Positions 30,586-40,450 of a stretch of DNA of 64,000 bases are shown here, in pieces (position 1 is the first letter of the stretch; every line of letters starts with the position of its first letter). This DNA is from Cyanidioschyzon merolae. Lineage: Eukaryota. The translations under genes and the position numbers were made by a program. The stretch lies in the NCBI GenBank assembly GCA_000091205.1, contig AP006490.2; one strand, given 5' to 3'. A model generated the notes under the pieces. The model saw nothing but the letters and a program-made list of their open reading frames with translations. It was not told the DNA's origin and made no database searches.

Positions 30586-32847
30586 ATGTTTCGCTCCCCA
30601 AGCGAGTCGTTGCGGAGAGTTCTGCGCTCTCCGGCGAAAGCTGTTGCACGACTCGGGCGCAAGGGCTCCAAGCACATCGTCTATTTCCGGATCCACCGGC
30701 TTGTTCAGGAAGAGGAGGCTTACAAGTCCGCGCTTGCAGGTGTCGTAGACCAAACAGACGGTCGCGATCCGGACCAGACACGGGCTTCGGCGTTGAAAGC
30801 TCGTTCACTGCGTGTGTGTATTCAGTTTCTGGACGATCGGGCGGGATCTGTTCTTCAAACGTCTTCGACAACGAACGGAGTCTGGGAGGAAACTCTGGAA
30901 TCGAATGTTACACTTTATCCACTGGCCAACGAGAAACGCTTTGAACCGCTCGTTGCTCAGGTGAAGTTGTACGATGTACAGCGGGACCAGCCCATAGGCG
31001 TTGGCGAAGTGGATGTAGCCCAGTTTGCGCCAGCGTGCGTAAACCGCAACACTGGGGACGGTGCCGAAGCACCAGCGGCACACCGTTTTCATCGGCGCAC
31101 GGGGAGCACGGACTTTGGAGAATGCCTTCTGGAGCTCAGGTCCTCAACTAGCGAGAGCAGAAACACACCAAAGTCGAATCGAATCCGAGCGGTGCTCCTC
31201 ATTAGCATCAGCATTGACCAGCCGCATACGTTCACCGATGTGTCTGCGTCGATCGGATCCCGTGACAGCGCGAGCCAGGCTTCTTCAACAGAGTCCAGTG
31301 CAAGCGTACCCGATCTAATGAGCGCCAATCGAAACAGCATGCCAGAGCCGTTCAAAGGAAACCGCCCAAGGGCGACTCACGGCACGCGAACGGTGGCTGC
31401 AGGCGGATACCAGGGAGCACCGCTGACCTCATCGACAGCGCAGGCGTCGCTGACGGCTTTGCGAGCGTCGACCATGGCTCGCGAACGAATCCATTCAGCT
31501 CAGAATGAGGGAGGCAGCGAGGATTTTGCGAAGAAGACGAGCGCTGGGGGCCAGGCGTCGACGGCAGCGTCACCGCATGCCCAGAGCTTGCATCCCGCGG
31601 CTTCGATGCCGTCCAGTGTGACATCGCTACTGCAGGATCGGGACCGAGGACCCAACAGCGGTACGGCGGAACGAATACCGCAGCCTGATGAAGCATCTCT
31701 ATGGAAGAGAGAACGTGATCGGTTCGCAAAACAACTTTTGCTGCAGGCGGAAACGTTTCAGGAGGAAATTCGCGAGCTTTCCGCGACCAACAGTGCATTG
31801 CGTGTTCAGTTGGCGGCGCTGTGTCGCGAACGCGAGGCGCAGCAGCTATTCAGCGTCCCTGCTGAGAGGCGCCAGAGCGCGCGTACGCACCCAGGCGACC
31901 ATGGCCTACCGCTCGCAACTACTGGACTCGCTTTAGCACGCAGCACTGCAAAGGAGGATATCGGTGCTGAGCTGGACCCTGTTCCGGTCGACTGGGATCG
32001 AGAGCGGCTCGCTCGCGAATGGCAGATAGCGCGCGCCGGCCTGCGAGCGGCGGTCGCCCAGGCACGTCTGGAGGTCGAGGCTGCGCTGCGCGATGCTGCC
32101 TCGAGATCCATTGCGAGTTTGCGGTACTTTACCCACTGGCATCGTCAGCGTGAGGATGAAGCACTCGCTCCTCACCATGATCTTGCAGCGATGATGACCT
32201 CACGGGATGCTTCGAAGGAAACTAGCGCCGAACTCGATCCGAGCTCGACTGCAGGTCGTTCTGCTCCAGAAGAGACGGCGCTCGTTCGGGAACTCGAGCA
32301 GCAATTGATCGCGACGAAACTGGCACATGCCGAATCCGAGGACAAACTCGAGGAGCTTCGACGTGCGCTTCGAGAGATGCAAGGTCGTTTGCTTCGCGAG
32401 CAGCAGCGGACCGTACAGCTCGCGCAAGAGCTTTCGCAACTCCACGGGCAGCAGGTTGTCACGGCAACGCCAGCGGCAACAGCAGCAGTAGCGGATGCGC
32501 TACATCATCGCACGACGGGTAGTACGCAAAGCAACGCTGCCGAACTGGTTTCAGGCGCATCAGAAAGTAGACTGTGGAGGCGGTTCTCTGCATTAGATGA
32601 GACGCGCACCATCGACACGACTGCCGCGCGAGAGCAGCACGCTCATAGAGAAGGTGCCAATGAAGCTACTGATGCTGCTGCTCGCCGTCGCGCGTTCTCT
32701 GTATCGAACGACGCGTCGCTAGCGAGCGGCGCTGGCGACGTATCAGCCACTCAACGACGCTCTGTAGAGCATGCGCGTTCTCGGCGTTTTTTCTGGAATC
32801 GACGTCATCGAGCGAACAGCCACACAGAGCCTTCTTCATATGGGTAA
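30586..32847 (+). CDS. Hypothetical coiled-coil protein with a possible N-terminal NT-C2 (EEIG1/EHBP1-type) domain. The rest is Ala/Arg/Glu/Leu-rich coiled coil and low complexity.
   Basis: The N-terminal ~200 aa ('SKHIVYFRIHRLVQ...LRVCIQFLDDRAGSVLQ...VKLYDVQRDQPIGVGEVDVAQFA...IRAVLLISISID') has the alternating beta-strand pattern of NT-C2 domains. The assignment is weak. The long ORF and codon usage support a real gene. Confidence 0.35.
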   Translation: MFRSPSESLRRVLRSPAKAVARLGRKGSKHIVYFRIHRLVQEEEAYKSALAGVVDQTDGRDPDQTRASALKARSLRVCIQFLDDRAGSVLQTSSTTNGVWEETLESNVTLYPLANEKRFEPLVAQVKLYDVQRDQPIGVGEVDVAQFAPACVNRNTGDGAEAPAAHRFHRRTGSTDFGECLLELRSSTSESRNTPKSNRIRAVLLISISIDQPHTFTDVSASIGSRDSASQASSTESSASVPDLMSANRNSMPEPFKGNRPRATHGTRTVAAGGYQGAPLTSSTAQASLTALRASTMARERIHSAQNEGGSEDFAKKTSAGGQASTAASPHAQSLHPAASMPSSVTSLLQDRDRGPNSGTAERIPQPDEASLWKRERDRFAKQLLLQAETFQEEIRELSATNSALRVQLAALCREREAQQLFSVPAERRQSARTHPGDHGLPLATTGLALARSTAKEDIGAELDPVPVDWDRERLAREWQIARAGLRAAVAQARLEVEAALRDAASRSIASLRYFTHWHRQREDEALAPHHDLAAMMTSRDASKETSAELDPSSTAGRSAPEETALVRELEQQLIATKLAHAESEDKLEELRRALREMQGRLLREQQRTVQLAQELSQLHGQQVVTATPAATAAVADALHHRTTGSTQSNAAELVSGASESRLWRRFSALDETRTIDTTAAREQHAHREGANEATDAAARRRAFSVSNDASLASGAGDVSATQRRSVEHARSRRFFWNRRHRANSHTEPSSYG

Positions 32848-33794
32848 AAAGGAAACGCGCATCGTGCAGTTCCGGATGAGATTGGCAAGCCGCCCCCGCA
32901 CCTGGACGCGTAACGTACGTGGTGCCGCTGCCGCCGCCGCAACAGCAGCAGCGAGCATGCCCTGAATACGCTACGCATCGCTCCGAATCAGAAAAAGAAC
33001 AGAAATGGACCACGAATTACCGGTTAGAGAATCGTATCTTTCCTGCTATACGGTTCGCGTTGACCGGTTATTCGAAATTTTACGTTCTAGGCGGAATGCT
33101 CCGCTAGCAGGACGAGTCTGCCAGGATAATGTTTCGTGCTCCCGCCAGCGACAGGTGATGTAGCGAGACATGAACAACTCGTCCGCAACGCTCTTTATTC
33201 TGCGACTAGGGACAGTTAAGGTGCGTATGGGCGCCGCCCATGTTGCAATTATCTCCTAGCATATCGCTTCGCGCTGCCTGCAGCAGCGCGTCTGCCTGCA
33301 CAGCTTGCAGGCTCCGAAAATGATAAAGAATCCCGACTCCGTATCAGGTGAAGCGTTCCTCGATCCGACGCTCTCATTGGTATGGCAAAGCCGCTCTGTC
33401 TCTGTGCTGCATCCGTGCCAGAGGCATTGGCGCTATTGCTGGTGCTCAAAACAGGTACTCTGCGCAAGACGGAACGCACGGAACGACCATTATCTCTGAG
33501 GGGCATTGTGCATACTGGAACTCGGACGTAGTGCTACGCATGACAGACGCTTTCACCAGCACCGATATCCATCACGTAACCTGGAGCTCCTTACACAAAT
33601 ATATCAACGTTCTGTCGATCGAAATCGATATTCTCTCAGTATCTCCGAGAGGATGGATGGGTAATGGACCTTGAACATACCGCGAAGCATGACAGGCGCT
33701 TTCACGGACACCGATACTCATCACGGAACCTCGAGTTCCAAATCCAAATATATCAACGTTCTTTCATGTAAGAAACAGGATCGCCCCCGAATCG

Positions 33795-35342
33795 ATGATG
33801 ATAATGATGATGATGACGTGCAGCCCGCCGCCGCCGCCGCCGAAGATCTCTGCACCCAGATGCCGTAGGGCAGCTGCCTGGAGGCAAAGATTTCAAATGC
33901 CCAGGAGCCTGTTCTGGAGGCCGTCGTGCCTGTTAACGCCGCTTCCTGGACGGTGTTCCGCGGTGACCCTAGCATCCAAGTTGGGAACACCAGCAATGCA
34001 ATGGGGAAAGTTCATAGATGCGTTCGGGAAACCGATTGAGAGAACTTCGGCGAAAGCAGTTGTTGAGGAGCCGTTTTCCACGGCGAGGCGCAGTGCAACC
34101 GTAGCGGCTGAGGCGAGTCCAGAGGCAGCGGGCCGTGGAGGAGCTTTCGACGAAGCCCTGAAACTTGTTCAGGACCTCGAAGACCAGAACGAGTGTTTCG
34201 ATGGCTCCAAAGTTGAGCAACTGTGGTTTTTGCTGCGTACAGGCATACTGGATAGGTGTAAATACGCACTAGATTCGGAGACGTCCTCGAGCTGTGGCGG
34301 GCTCAACGCCTCGGGACAGTGCCCGTATTGCCAAAGCCTTGACGCTATCCGGCCAGACTGGGAGAGGTTTTCAGCTTTGTTTCGTCAACTTTCGTTTGGA
34401 AGCAGTGCTGGAAGGTGCACAAATGACACTGCGTCACCGATGAGTGTCACGAGTTGCCGTGCACCGTCGAACATGCAACAGGTGCTTCGTGATTCAAACG
34501 ATGTTCACGACGCAAGCACCGAACTACAAGAACGACTCGAAAGTTTGTTGCTATATCGCGACGTTTTTCTCGCCCACGCAACGCAGGTCGTTCGCGCCCG
34601 CCTTGAAGAGCGGGCGGCATTGCAAGAGGCGATCGCTGGCAAACGCGACCTCATCACAAAGTTGCGGAAGCGAATTGCTGAGATCCAGCGATTGGGTTTG
34701 CCTCGGGAACCGCAAGTTCCTCTGACAATGCCAAAAAACGAGGGCACGCCTCGCGATGCGCATGAAGCGACTGCCTCGCCTGTCGCACTAGACGAGTCCA
34801 TCGACGACGCAGGCGTTGCCGGGAACAAGTCCCCAGCAATCGGTACAGGACCTCTGCCGATGATGCATAACGAGCTGACACTTTCAAATGATGATGCCCT
34901 GTCGTCCGGAGCGTTCTCGTTATCTTCAGCTCGTTCGGGTTTTGTGAGCGAACATGTGCGGGTCGCGAAAACGACCCACGGCGACAAGGTGTCTTCAGTG
35001 GCAGAAATCACGGCGTTGAACAATCTCGCGAACGTTGCTCTACAGCGCCTGCTGGGCTCCGAATCCCCGAGCGCCGCCCCGACTGCGGTGGTATGCGGAA
35101 CCTCACCGCATGCATTCAACGCAGTCAGCGCGGATGTGTTACCAGTGCGGAATGTGCTCAGGGCATTCACCCGACACCCCGAAGGCGTACCCATCTCCGA
35201 GCTGCCAGCAATGATGCTCCGAGAGACCGGCGATCCCGTGGTAGCAAATGAGATCGTGGAGTCGCTTTTGAACGCTTGCGTCCTGGAATACGATGAAAAC
35301 TACACCAGCGTACGACTTTTTTCTGAATTTCATCTGGGGTAG
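33795..35342 (+). CDS. Hypothetical protein. The start is probably near 33998 ('MQWGKFIDAFGKPIE...'). It has a central coiled-coil-like segment and no recognised domain.
   Basis: A 515-aa ORF with host-like codon usage. The listed N-terminal poly-M/poly-P start is implausible. Confidence 0.3.
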   Translation: MMIMMMMTCSPPPPPPKISAPRCRRAAAWRQRFQMPRSLFWRPSCLLTPLPGRCSAVTLASKLGTPAMQWGKFIDAFGKPIERTSAKAVVEEPFSTARRSATVAAEASPEAAGRGGAFDEALKLVQDLEDQNECFDGSKVEQLWFLLRTGILDRCKYALDSETSSSCGGLNASGQCPYCQSLDAIRPDWERFSALFRQLSFGSSAGRCTNDTASPMSVTSCRAPSNMQQVLRDSNDVHDASTELQERLESLLLYRDVFLAHATQVVRARLEERAALQEAIAGKRDLITKLRKRIAEIQRLGLPREPQVPLTMPKNEGTPRDAHEATASPVALDESIDDAGVAGNKSPAIGTGPLPMMHNELTLSNDDALSSGAFSLSSARSGFVSEHVRVAKTTHGDKVSSVAEITALNNLANVALQRLLGSESPSAAPTAVVCGTSPHAFNAVSADVLPVRNVLRAFTRHPEGVPISELPAMMLRETGDPVVANEIVESLLNACVLEYDENYTSVRLFSEFHLG

Positions 35343-36113
35343 TATGCGGACACCCAGGCTCCCCGGTTATTCCCGAACCGATTTGTTTACGAGATAGGAT
35401 CGATGTATCGATCCAGGGATCCCCCGATGCGCGTTGGTGATCGGCTGCCAGCGAAGCGATCACCGATCTGTTCCAGAGCTCTCGGAATGATGCCTTGCCT
35501 CGTGCGGCCGACCTCCCGGGGAAGAGCTTGTTTCACGCGCACCCATACCCACGGACGACTTCTCCAATGTCAAAGACAGGCCTGAGCTAGATTCACAACT
35601 CAAGTGTGGTGTTCGATTGGCATTCGCGATCACCTGCAGCGTTGGAGAGGTGCGCTCGCCCAGGACATATCGCCCGTTTTGCGTGCAAGTATCGATTAGC
35701 TGGGAACTGCTCCTGCAGAACGCGGAAAACGGCCGCCAGTAACGCATTTATTTGTTGCAAATTCCGCTTGTTCAGAGACTCATTCGGGACTATGCTCCGA
35801 ATCCCTTGTATCCAGGACGAATTCGGTGGCTGTATCTACTTACAAGATTCACTCTAGAAATCGCTGAAACGTGCGCAAGAATGACGCTGCCCGACACGCA
35901 AGTCGAGCGCAAGGCGAGCATTCTTCCGTAGACAAGCAGCAACGCCCGGCATCCGTCGCGCGCGTTACCACAGCATCCGATAAGCAGGTCAGTTGCTACG
36001 CGAGCATTTCGTCATTGGCGTGCAGTATCCACCTGCAAGCGTCAAGCGGATAGCGAAGCGTCATGTTGGGGATCCGCATAGCGACGATACCACACTGCTT
36101 GCTTCTGGTTTCT

Positions 36114-37475
36114 TCAGATTTGCAGGAAAGGATGTTCCAGCACTTGCACCGCTGCTGGACGACGAGCTTCGCAGTAGTCCAGAAGCCTCTGAACCAGATC
36201 GATGGCCTGTTCTATCACGTCCTGATCCACGTCGTTGTTCCAGCATCGATGAATTCGAGCAGCTATGTTATCAGAGCCGTGGGGAGACGACACGCTCTCG
36301 GTATGCGATGCTGGTGCAAGCGGCTGCTGCTTGAAGCACTCTGGCGGATTCCCCAGCAGGTCGAACACCGTCTTCAGCGATCGTAATTCACTCATCGCCG
36401 TGCCAGTGCCGCAATCGAATACCGGCTCACCGGCCTGGCGAAATAGCAGCTCGAGAAGCACACATCCAGCTGCCCAAATGTCACTCGACGGGAGCCGCCG
36501 CGTCTCCCCGAAATAGAGCTCCGGTGATCGCATTGGCGCATAAGTCAAGGTCGGTGACGAGGCCCCATCTGCGTCAGTGTTCGCACTGCATCTGCGCAGC
36601 AACGAATAGTCGCAGAGGAAAAAAGTCTCCGCTTGGGGTAGGCGACCAGCTTGGAGCGACAAGCCAAGCGCTTCCGGATCCACCCGCGACAACACGTGAT
36701 CCAGTCGAATGTCACGATGGACGAATCCATGCGCGTGCAGATGTGCCAGTGCGCTGAACAGTGCCCGACACACCACCCGAATGAGCCGCAGCCATAGCGA
36801 ATCTGATACAAGATTCTGATCTCTTTGGAAGAGATGAGCAAGTGGATAGCCCCGCTCCATAACGAGTGCCAAATCCGGCTCGACGCCTTCAGATCCCAAT
36901 CCAGCTTCATTCGCTTCTTCTGGGAAACTCCATGGCAACCAAGCAATGCATTGCACCAGATTTGGATGCGGTGGTATCTGCGAGACGAGTTCTCGCTCCC
37001 GTTCAGCATAGTCGATTGGCGCCGCGTTGGATGACGGTGCATTCCATAAACGCCAACGTTCCAGTTCATGGTTACGCGCAAAAGGATAACGGTGCAGTCG
37101 TTTTATAACGAACTGGCTGTCGGAAGCTCTCGAGACAGCCAACCAGACTTCACCATAACTCCCTTGACCTAGCAACTCGACGAGCTTAAACGTAGCAGGC
37201 GAAGCGAACGGCACGTCCAGGCTGGAGGCACGCGGCGTTGCCGGCAGTGATCCGGGTTGCACGGCCTCTTCGGAAGGATGCTCCTCCGCATGTCTTTCCG
37301 CAAACATGGTTTCTGAATCATATTCATTGCAATCGGTAAACTCTTGGCCTCCTTTGCTTGCCATGACACCAGTGTCGGGCTGTGCATGAAGGTTTCTTCC
37401 GCGGAGAAGACGCCTGCTCGCCCCAGCTCTTGTTCCGCAGCGCTCAAAGTCCAGCAAACCGCGCCTTTGTGTCAA
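36114..37475 (-). CDS. Protein kinase-like protein (divergent Ser/Thr kinase, possibly a pseudokinase).
   Basis: Gly-rich loop 'LLGQGSYGEV', VAIK-like 'FVIKRL', catalytic loop 'HRDIRLDHVL' (the usual HRDLKPEN has K->R and N->H here), DFG position 'LCDYS', and APE-like 'SPELYFG...DIWAAGCVLLELLF'. Confidence 0.6.
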   Translation of the reverse strand: MTQRRGLLDFERCGTRAGASRRLLRGRNLHAQPDTGVMASKGGQEFTDCNEYDSETMFAERHAEEHPSEEAVQPGSLPATPRASSLDVPFASPATFKLVELLGQGSYGEVWLAVSRASDSQFVIKRLHRYPFARNHELERWRLWNAPSSNAAPIDYAERERELVSQIPPHPNLVQCIAWLPWSFPEEANEAGLGSEGVEPDLALVMERGYPLAHLFQRDQNLVSDSLWLRLIRVVCRALFSALAHLHAHGFVHRDIRLDHVLSRVDPEALGLSLQAGRLPQAETFFLCDYSLLRRCSANTDADGASSPTLTYAPMRSPELYFGETRRLPSSDIWAAGCVLLELLFRQAGEPVFDCGTGTAMSELRSLKTVFDLLGNPPECFKQQPLAPASHTESVSSPHGSDNIAARIHRCWNNDVDQDVIEQAIDLVQRLLDYCEARRPAAVQVLEHPFLQI

Positions 37476-37689
37476 AGCGCTTCTCTATCCTAGAAGTAAG
37501 GACCCCGCTTCGCGATGTTGAACGTCATCAAGGCTCACTCCGTCTTCCGTAACGCTGCAGCGCCGTGTCGCAGCGGCACGGCAGTTGCCAACCCGTCCGC
37601 TGCCGTGCGGAACGCGTCGGCGTTGATCCTCCGCTCAATAGCATCGTACCTGTTCAGGAAACGAACGAACGCTACATACCAGGTCAGCG

Positions 37690-39030
37690 GTGCGCTCAGA
37701 ACACGTCGAGTGGGGCGAGTTTGCAATCAAGAACAAGGCTCTCGCTGTTCGTAAAAGTGCTTTTTTACCACCGGCACAGTGCATTAGACCGCTCATGTTC
37801 GCTCTTGTACCCGAGTGGGCGACGCGGAGCCGTTTACGCTTCTGTGGCTGGGTTTCGAGACCAAAACGTAAACCATTCGACGCCCAAGTTCATATAGAAA
37901 GGATCAGAAGTACCACAATATCCCCTACGCGTACTGTACGACGTCGACAGATACAGAGGGTTTCGCTTCGAGCGCTCGCTGGTCGAAACCAACCATCAAA
38001 AGACGCGCCTTCTGCGGAAACTGGAGGCGTCTTACCGCTGGCGACCAGTGCCGTGTCGGACATCTGGGAACTTGACTTTTACTCGCGTCCAGTTGTTGGT
38101 GCGGATGGCAAACGTTTATGGGAGCTCGTTGTTTGCGACCGGGATGGGAGCTTTGTGCACGTCGAGGCTTTCCCCAACAACATGGTCAACTCACGTGAAC
38201 TAGCGCGTGCCGTGAAAACACTTATCGAAGAGTCGAGCGTCAGACCACGAATCATCCGATTCTTCCGAGCTCAGATGCGTAACATGATTCAGATCGCCAT
38301 GCAGAATATCTCTGGGGTCGAGACGCGACCAAGCCGCCGAACGTATGCGCTCTTTCTAGCCCTCGCGTACCGCGAACGGAACGTATACCCGCGCTTACCA
38401 GGTTATGAAGGTAAGTCGATTGGAATCGGTAATCGCAGTGGTACACGGGGTGCGGAGCTCTCGCTCGCTGAGAGCATTGGGAATATGCTGAAAACGCCGG
38501 TGGATCTGAAGGTGGCGGCACGCTTGCCCGATGAGCTCCAGGGGGATCGTTTCGCTTTCGTAACCATCCTCCTGAGGGATGTGACGCAGATGAATGCAGC
38601 CGGCTTTGGTGAACTATGTCCAGTGTCTCTATCTGCTGAAAGCATGAACTTGGATATCCAGATGCGGACGTCTGGCAATGCGGGGTCAACGCAGAGCGCT
38701 GCCCTGGACCTGGGAGCCCCGAGCCCGGAAACACTGGTTCCTGGGGTGGTGATTTACAGTCGTCGGGCACTGCCGCTCGCAGCGTGGTTTAGTGGTACGG
38801 AACTTGCCTACATCATTGCAGATGAGCAGCAAAAAGAGATATATCTAGAGTGCGGCCTCGACGCGGCGTATCTCTTTGCCCGAATCCAGCCGAGTCTCGA
38901 GGCAGAAGCGCGGGCGTTTAACGAGGCGAAGAAAGCTGCTCGCGGTTTGCATTTCCTGGCGATCCAAGAGAAACCCGATGATGAGGATGTGTGTGGATTT
39001 TGGCTGCTGCGTGATGTAGCCTATCTCTAG
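37690..39030 (+). CDS. Tab2/ATAB2-like (DUF1092) putative organellar RNA-binding protein. It has an S/T/R-rich N-terminal extension resembling a transit peptide, and the true start is probably near 37795.
   Basis: 'DIWELDFYSRPVVGADGKRLWELVVCDRDG' matches my recollection of the Tab2-family N-terminal signature (WELDFYSRP...KK.WELL.CD). The C-terminal '...DDEDVCGFWLLRDVAYL' also resembles the family. This rests on recalled motifs, not a search. Confidence 0.4.
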   Translation: MRSEHVEWGEFAIKNKALAVRKSAFLPPAQCIRPLMFALVPEWATRSRLRFCGWVSRPKRKPFDAQVHIERIRSTTISPTRTVRRRQIQRVSLRALAGRNQPSKDAPSAETGGVLPLATSAVSDIWELDFYSRPVVGADGKRLWELVVCDRDGSFVHVEAFPNNMVNSRELARAVKTLIEESSVRPRIIRFFRAQMRNMIQIAMQNISGVETRPSRRTYALFLALAYRERNVYPRLPGYEGKSIGIGNRSGTRGAELSLAESIGNMLKTPVDLKVAARLPDELQGDRFAFVTILLRDVTQMNAAGFGELCPVSLSAESMNLDIQMRTSGNAGSTQSAALDLGAPSPETLVPGVVIYSRRALPLAAWFSGTELAYIIADEQQKEIYLECGLDAAYLFARIQPSLEAEARAFNEAKKAARGLHFLAIQEKPDDEDVCGFWLLRDVAYL

Positions 39031-39899
39031 TGCCGGACGGGGGCTGTTTTTTGTTCCACCCGTGGACACCAGGAATAGATTCCGCAACAGGTTGCGCTTG
39101 CGATAGCGCGGAGGCATTCGATAGCTTTATCTCGTGACGCTGATTCAAACAGTGGTTTCGGGGGCGGGACAACAAAGTCGTATGGGTGCGCCTGAAGCGT
39201 ACCCAGGGTTTCCCCGGGTACGCTTCACGAATTGGCGCTTCTGTAGCCGGTGGTTGCACTCGGAGCTAGCCAAAGTCGCGGACAAGGGTGCGTTCCCGAA
39301 AAACCAGCGATCGCCATTGTCGATGAATCCGCGGGCATATTACCGAGAACAAAACCTCGACGATGCAGAGGTGCTCCTTCTATGGGTATAGAAAAAGTGT
39401 CGTCCGGTGATAGATGTTCCATGCATTCGACTTGCATTCTGGCCTCTGTCGTTGCAATGAGACGGAAAACACTGGTTGTCCGAGCAGCGGCGCTACCCTG
39501 CCAGGATTTCCATGTAAAGCCTGACTGTGGTTCCGAATTCAGGGAATACTGCAGAAACAAGGATCATCGCCTTTGGTCTCATCCCACGATTGGCAATCGC
39601 TTGTTTCCCCGAAACCGAAGACATGCTGTTTGCAAGCCAGAACCCTCGGGTAAATGTCCATGGTCGTGGCAAGCCTGGCGGCAAAGGTGCTGAGGCAGGC
39701 ATCCCTTGAAGCAAGGCCCTTGTAAGCATCGTGATGCAGCATGCTTGACGCCTCTGTTTGTCGTCAAGGTCGGTTCCGTCGGAAACGTTTGGTGCGTCCA
39801 CGTGCGAGGGCACGACATCCGTGTCGGATTCAGGTGGGAAACTGAACTACTGGCTCTGTTCCAGCACTTTGATTTCTTTCGAACTTTATGATAGATGCA

Positions 39900-40450
39900 T
39901 AGTCTTGGCATTTGCAGTTCAGTGGCAGACGCTCACAGATTCATTCGTTTTTTACGGAATTTCGGTCGTCACTTTGGCGTGGTTTCTGCGACGGTTCGCT
40001 GCTGCAATTCGATACGTCACAGGAATCAAGGTGATTCGCAACGCCGTCGAACAAGCGTTCATAGCGTAACCGGTATCATTATAGAACCCATGTGTGCGAG
40101 GCCCCACGCTTCTATGTTGCTAATGTATAGGTTGCTAAAAAAAGCGCATTCATCGAACTCTTAATCTTCTTGTTTGAAGGAAGTTCATGAACCGAGTAAT
40201 TCGCGCGGCTTCATTGACGTGGACAGATGCTCGGTGTGGTCCAGTGACAATTCCTTCACCAGCTCTTACAGAAAGTTCACTGAAGTTAACATTCCGACTG
40301 AAGGATTTTCTTCAAAGGACGAATCCGCTGGAATTTTATGGCCATCGAAGAAACGGCATTCAATACCAGCGTGATACCTCTTACAGGATATGCTCGTGAA
40401 GGCTCCTGCCTCCCCTGTGTCCCTGGACAAGGGTCTCGAACTTGATTCAT
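39900..40450 (+). mobile_element. Family-II element, copy c (seg A and seg B are clear; the 3' part is degenerate), in the intergenic region downstream of the Tab2-like gene.
   Basis: 'WFLRRFAAAIRYVTGIKVIRNAVEQAFIA*PVSL' (~39985-40085) and 'GYAREGSCLPCVPGQGSRT' (~40390-40445) align to copy b at both the nucleotide and protein level. The segment ~40590-40720 ('ACACSGEHANQC...RIQVSILDQ') is only weakly similar to the zinc-finger/RuvC-III remnant. Confidence 0.4.
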
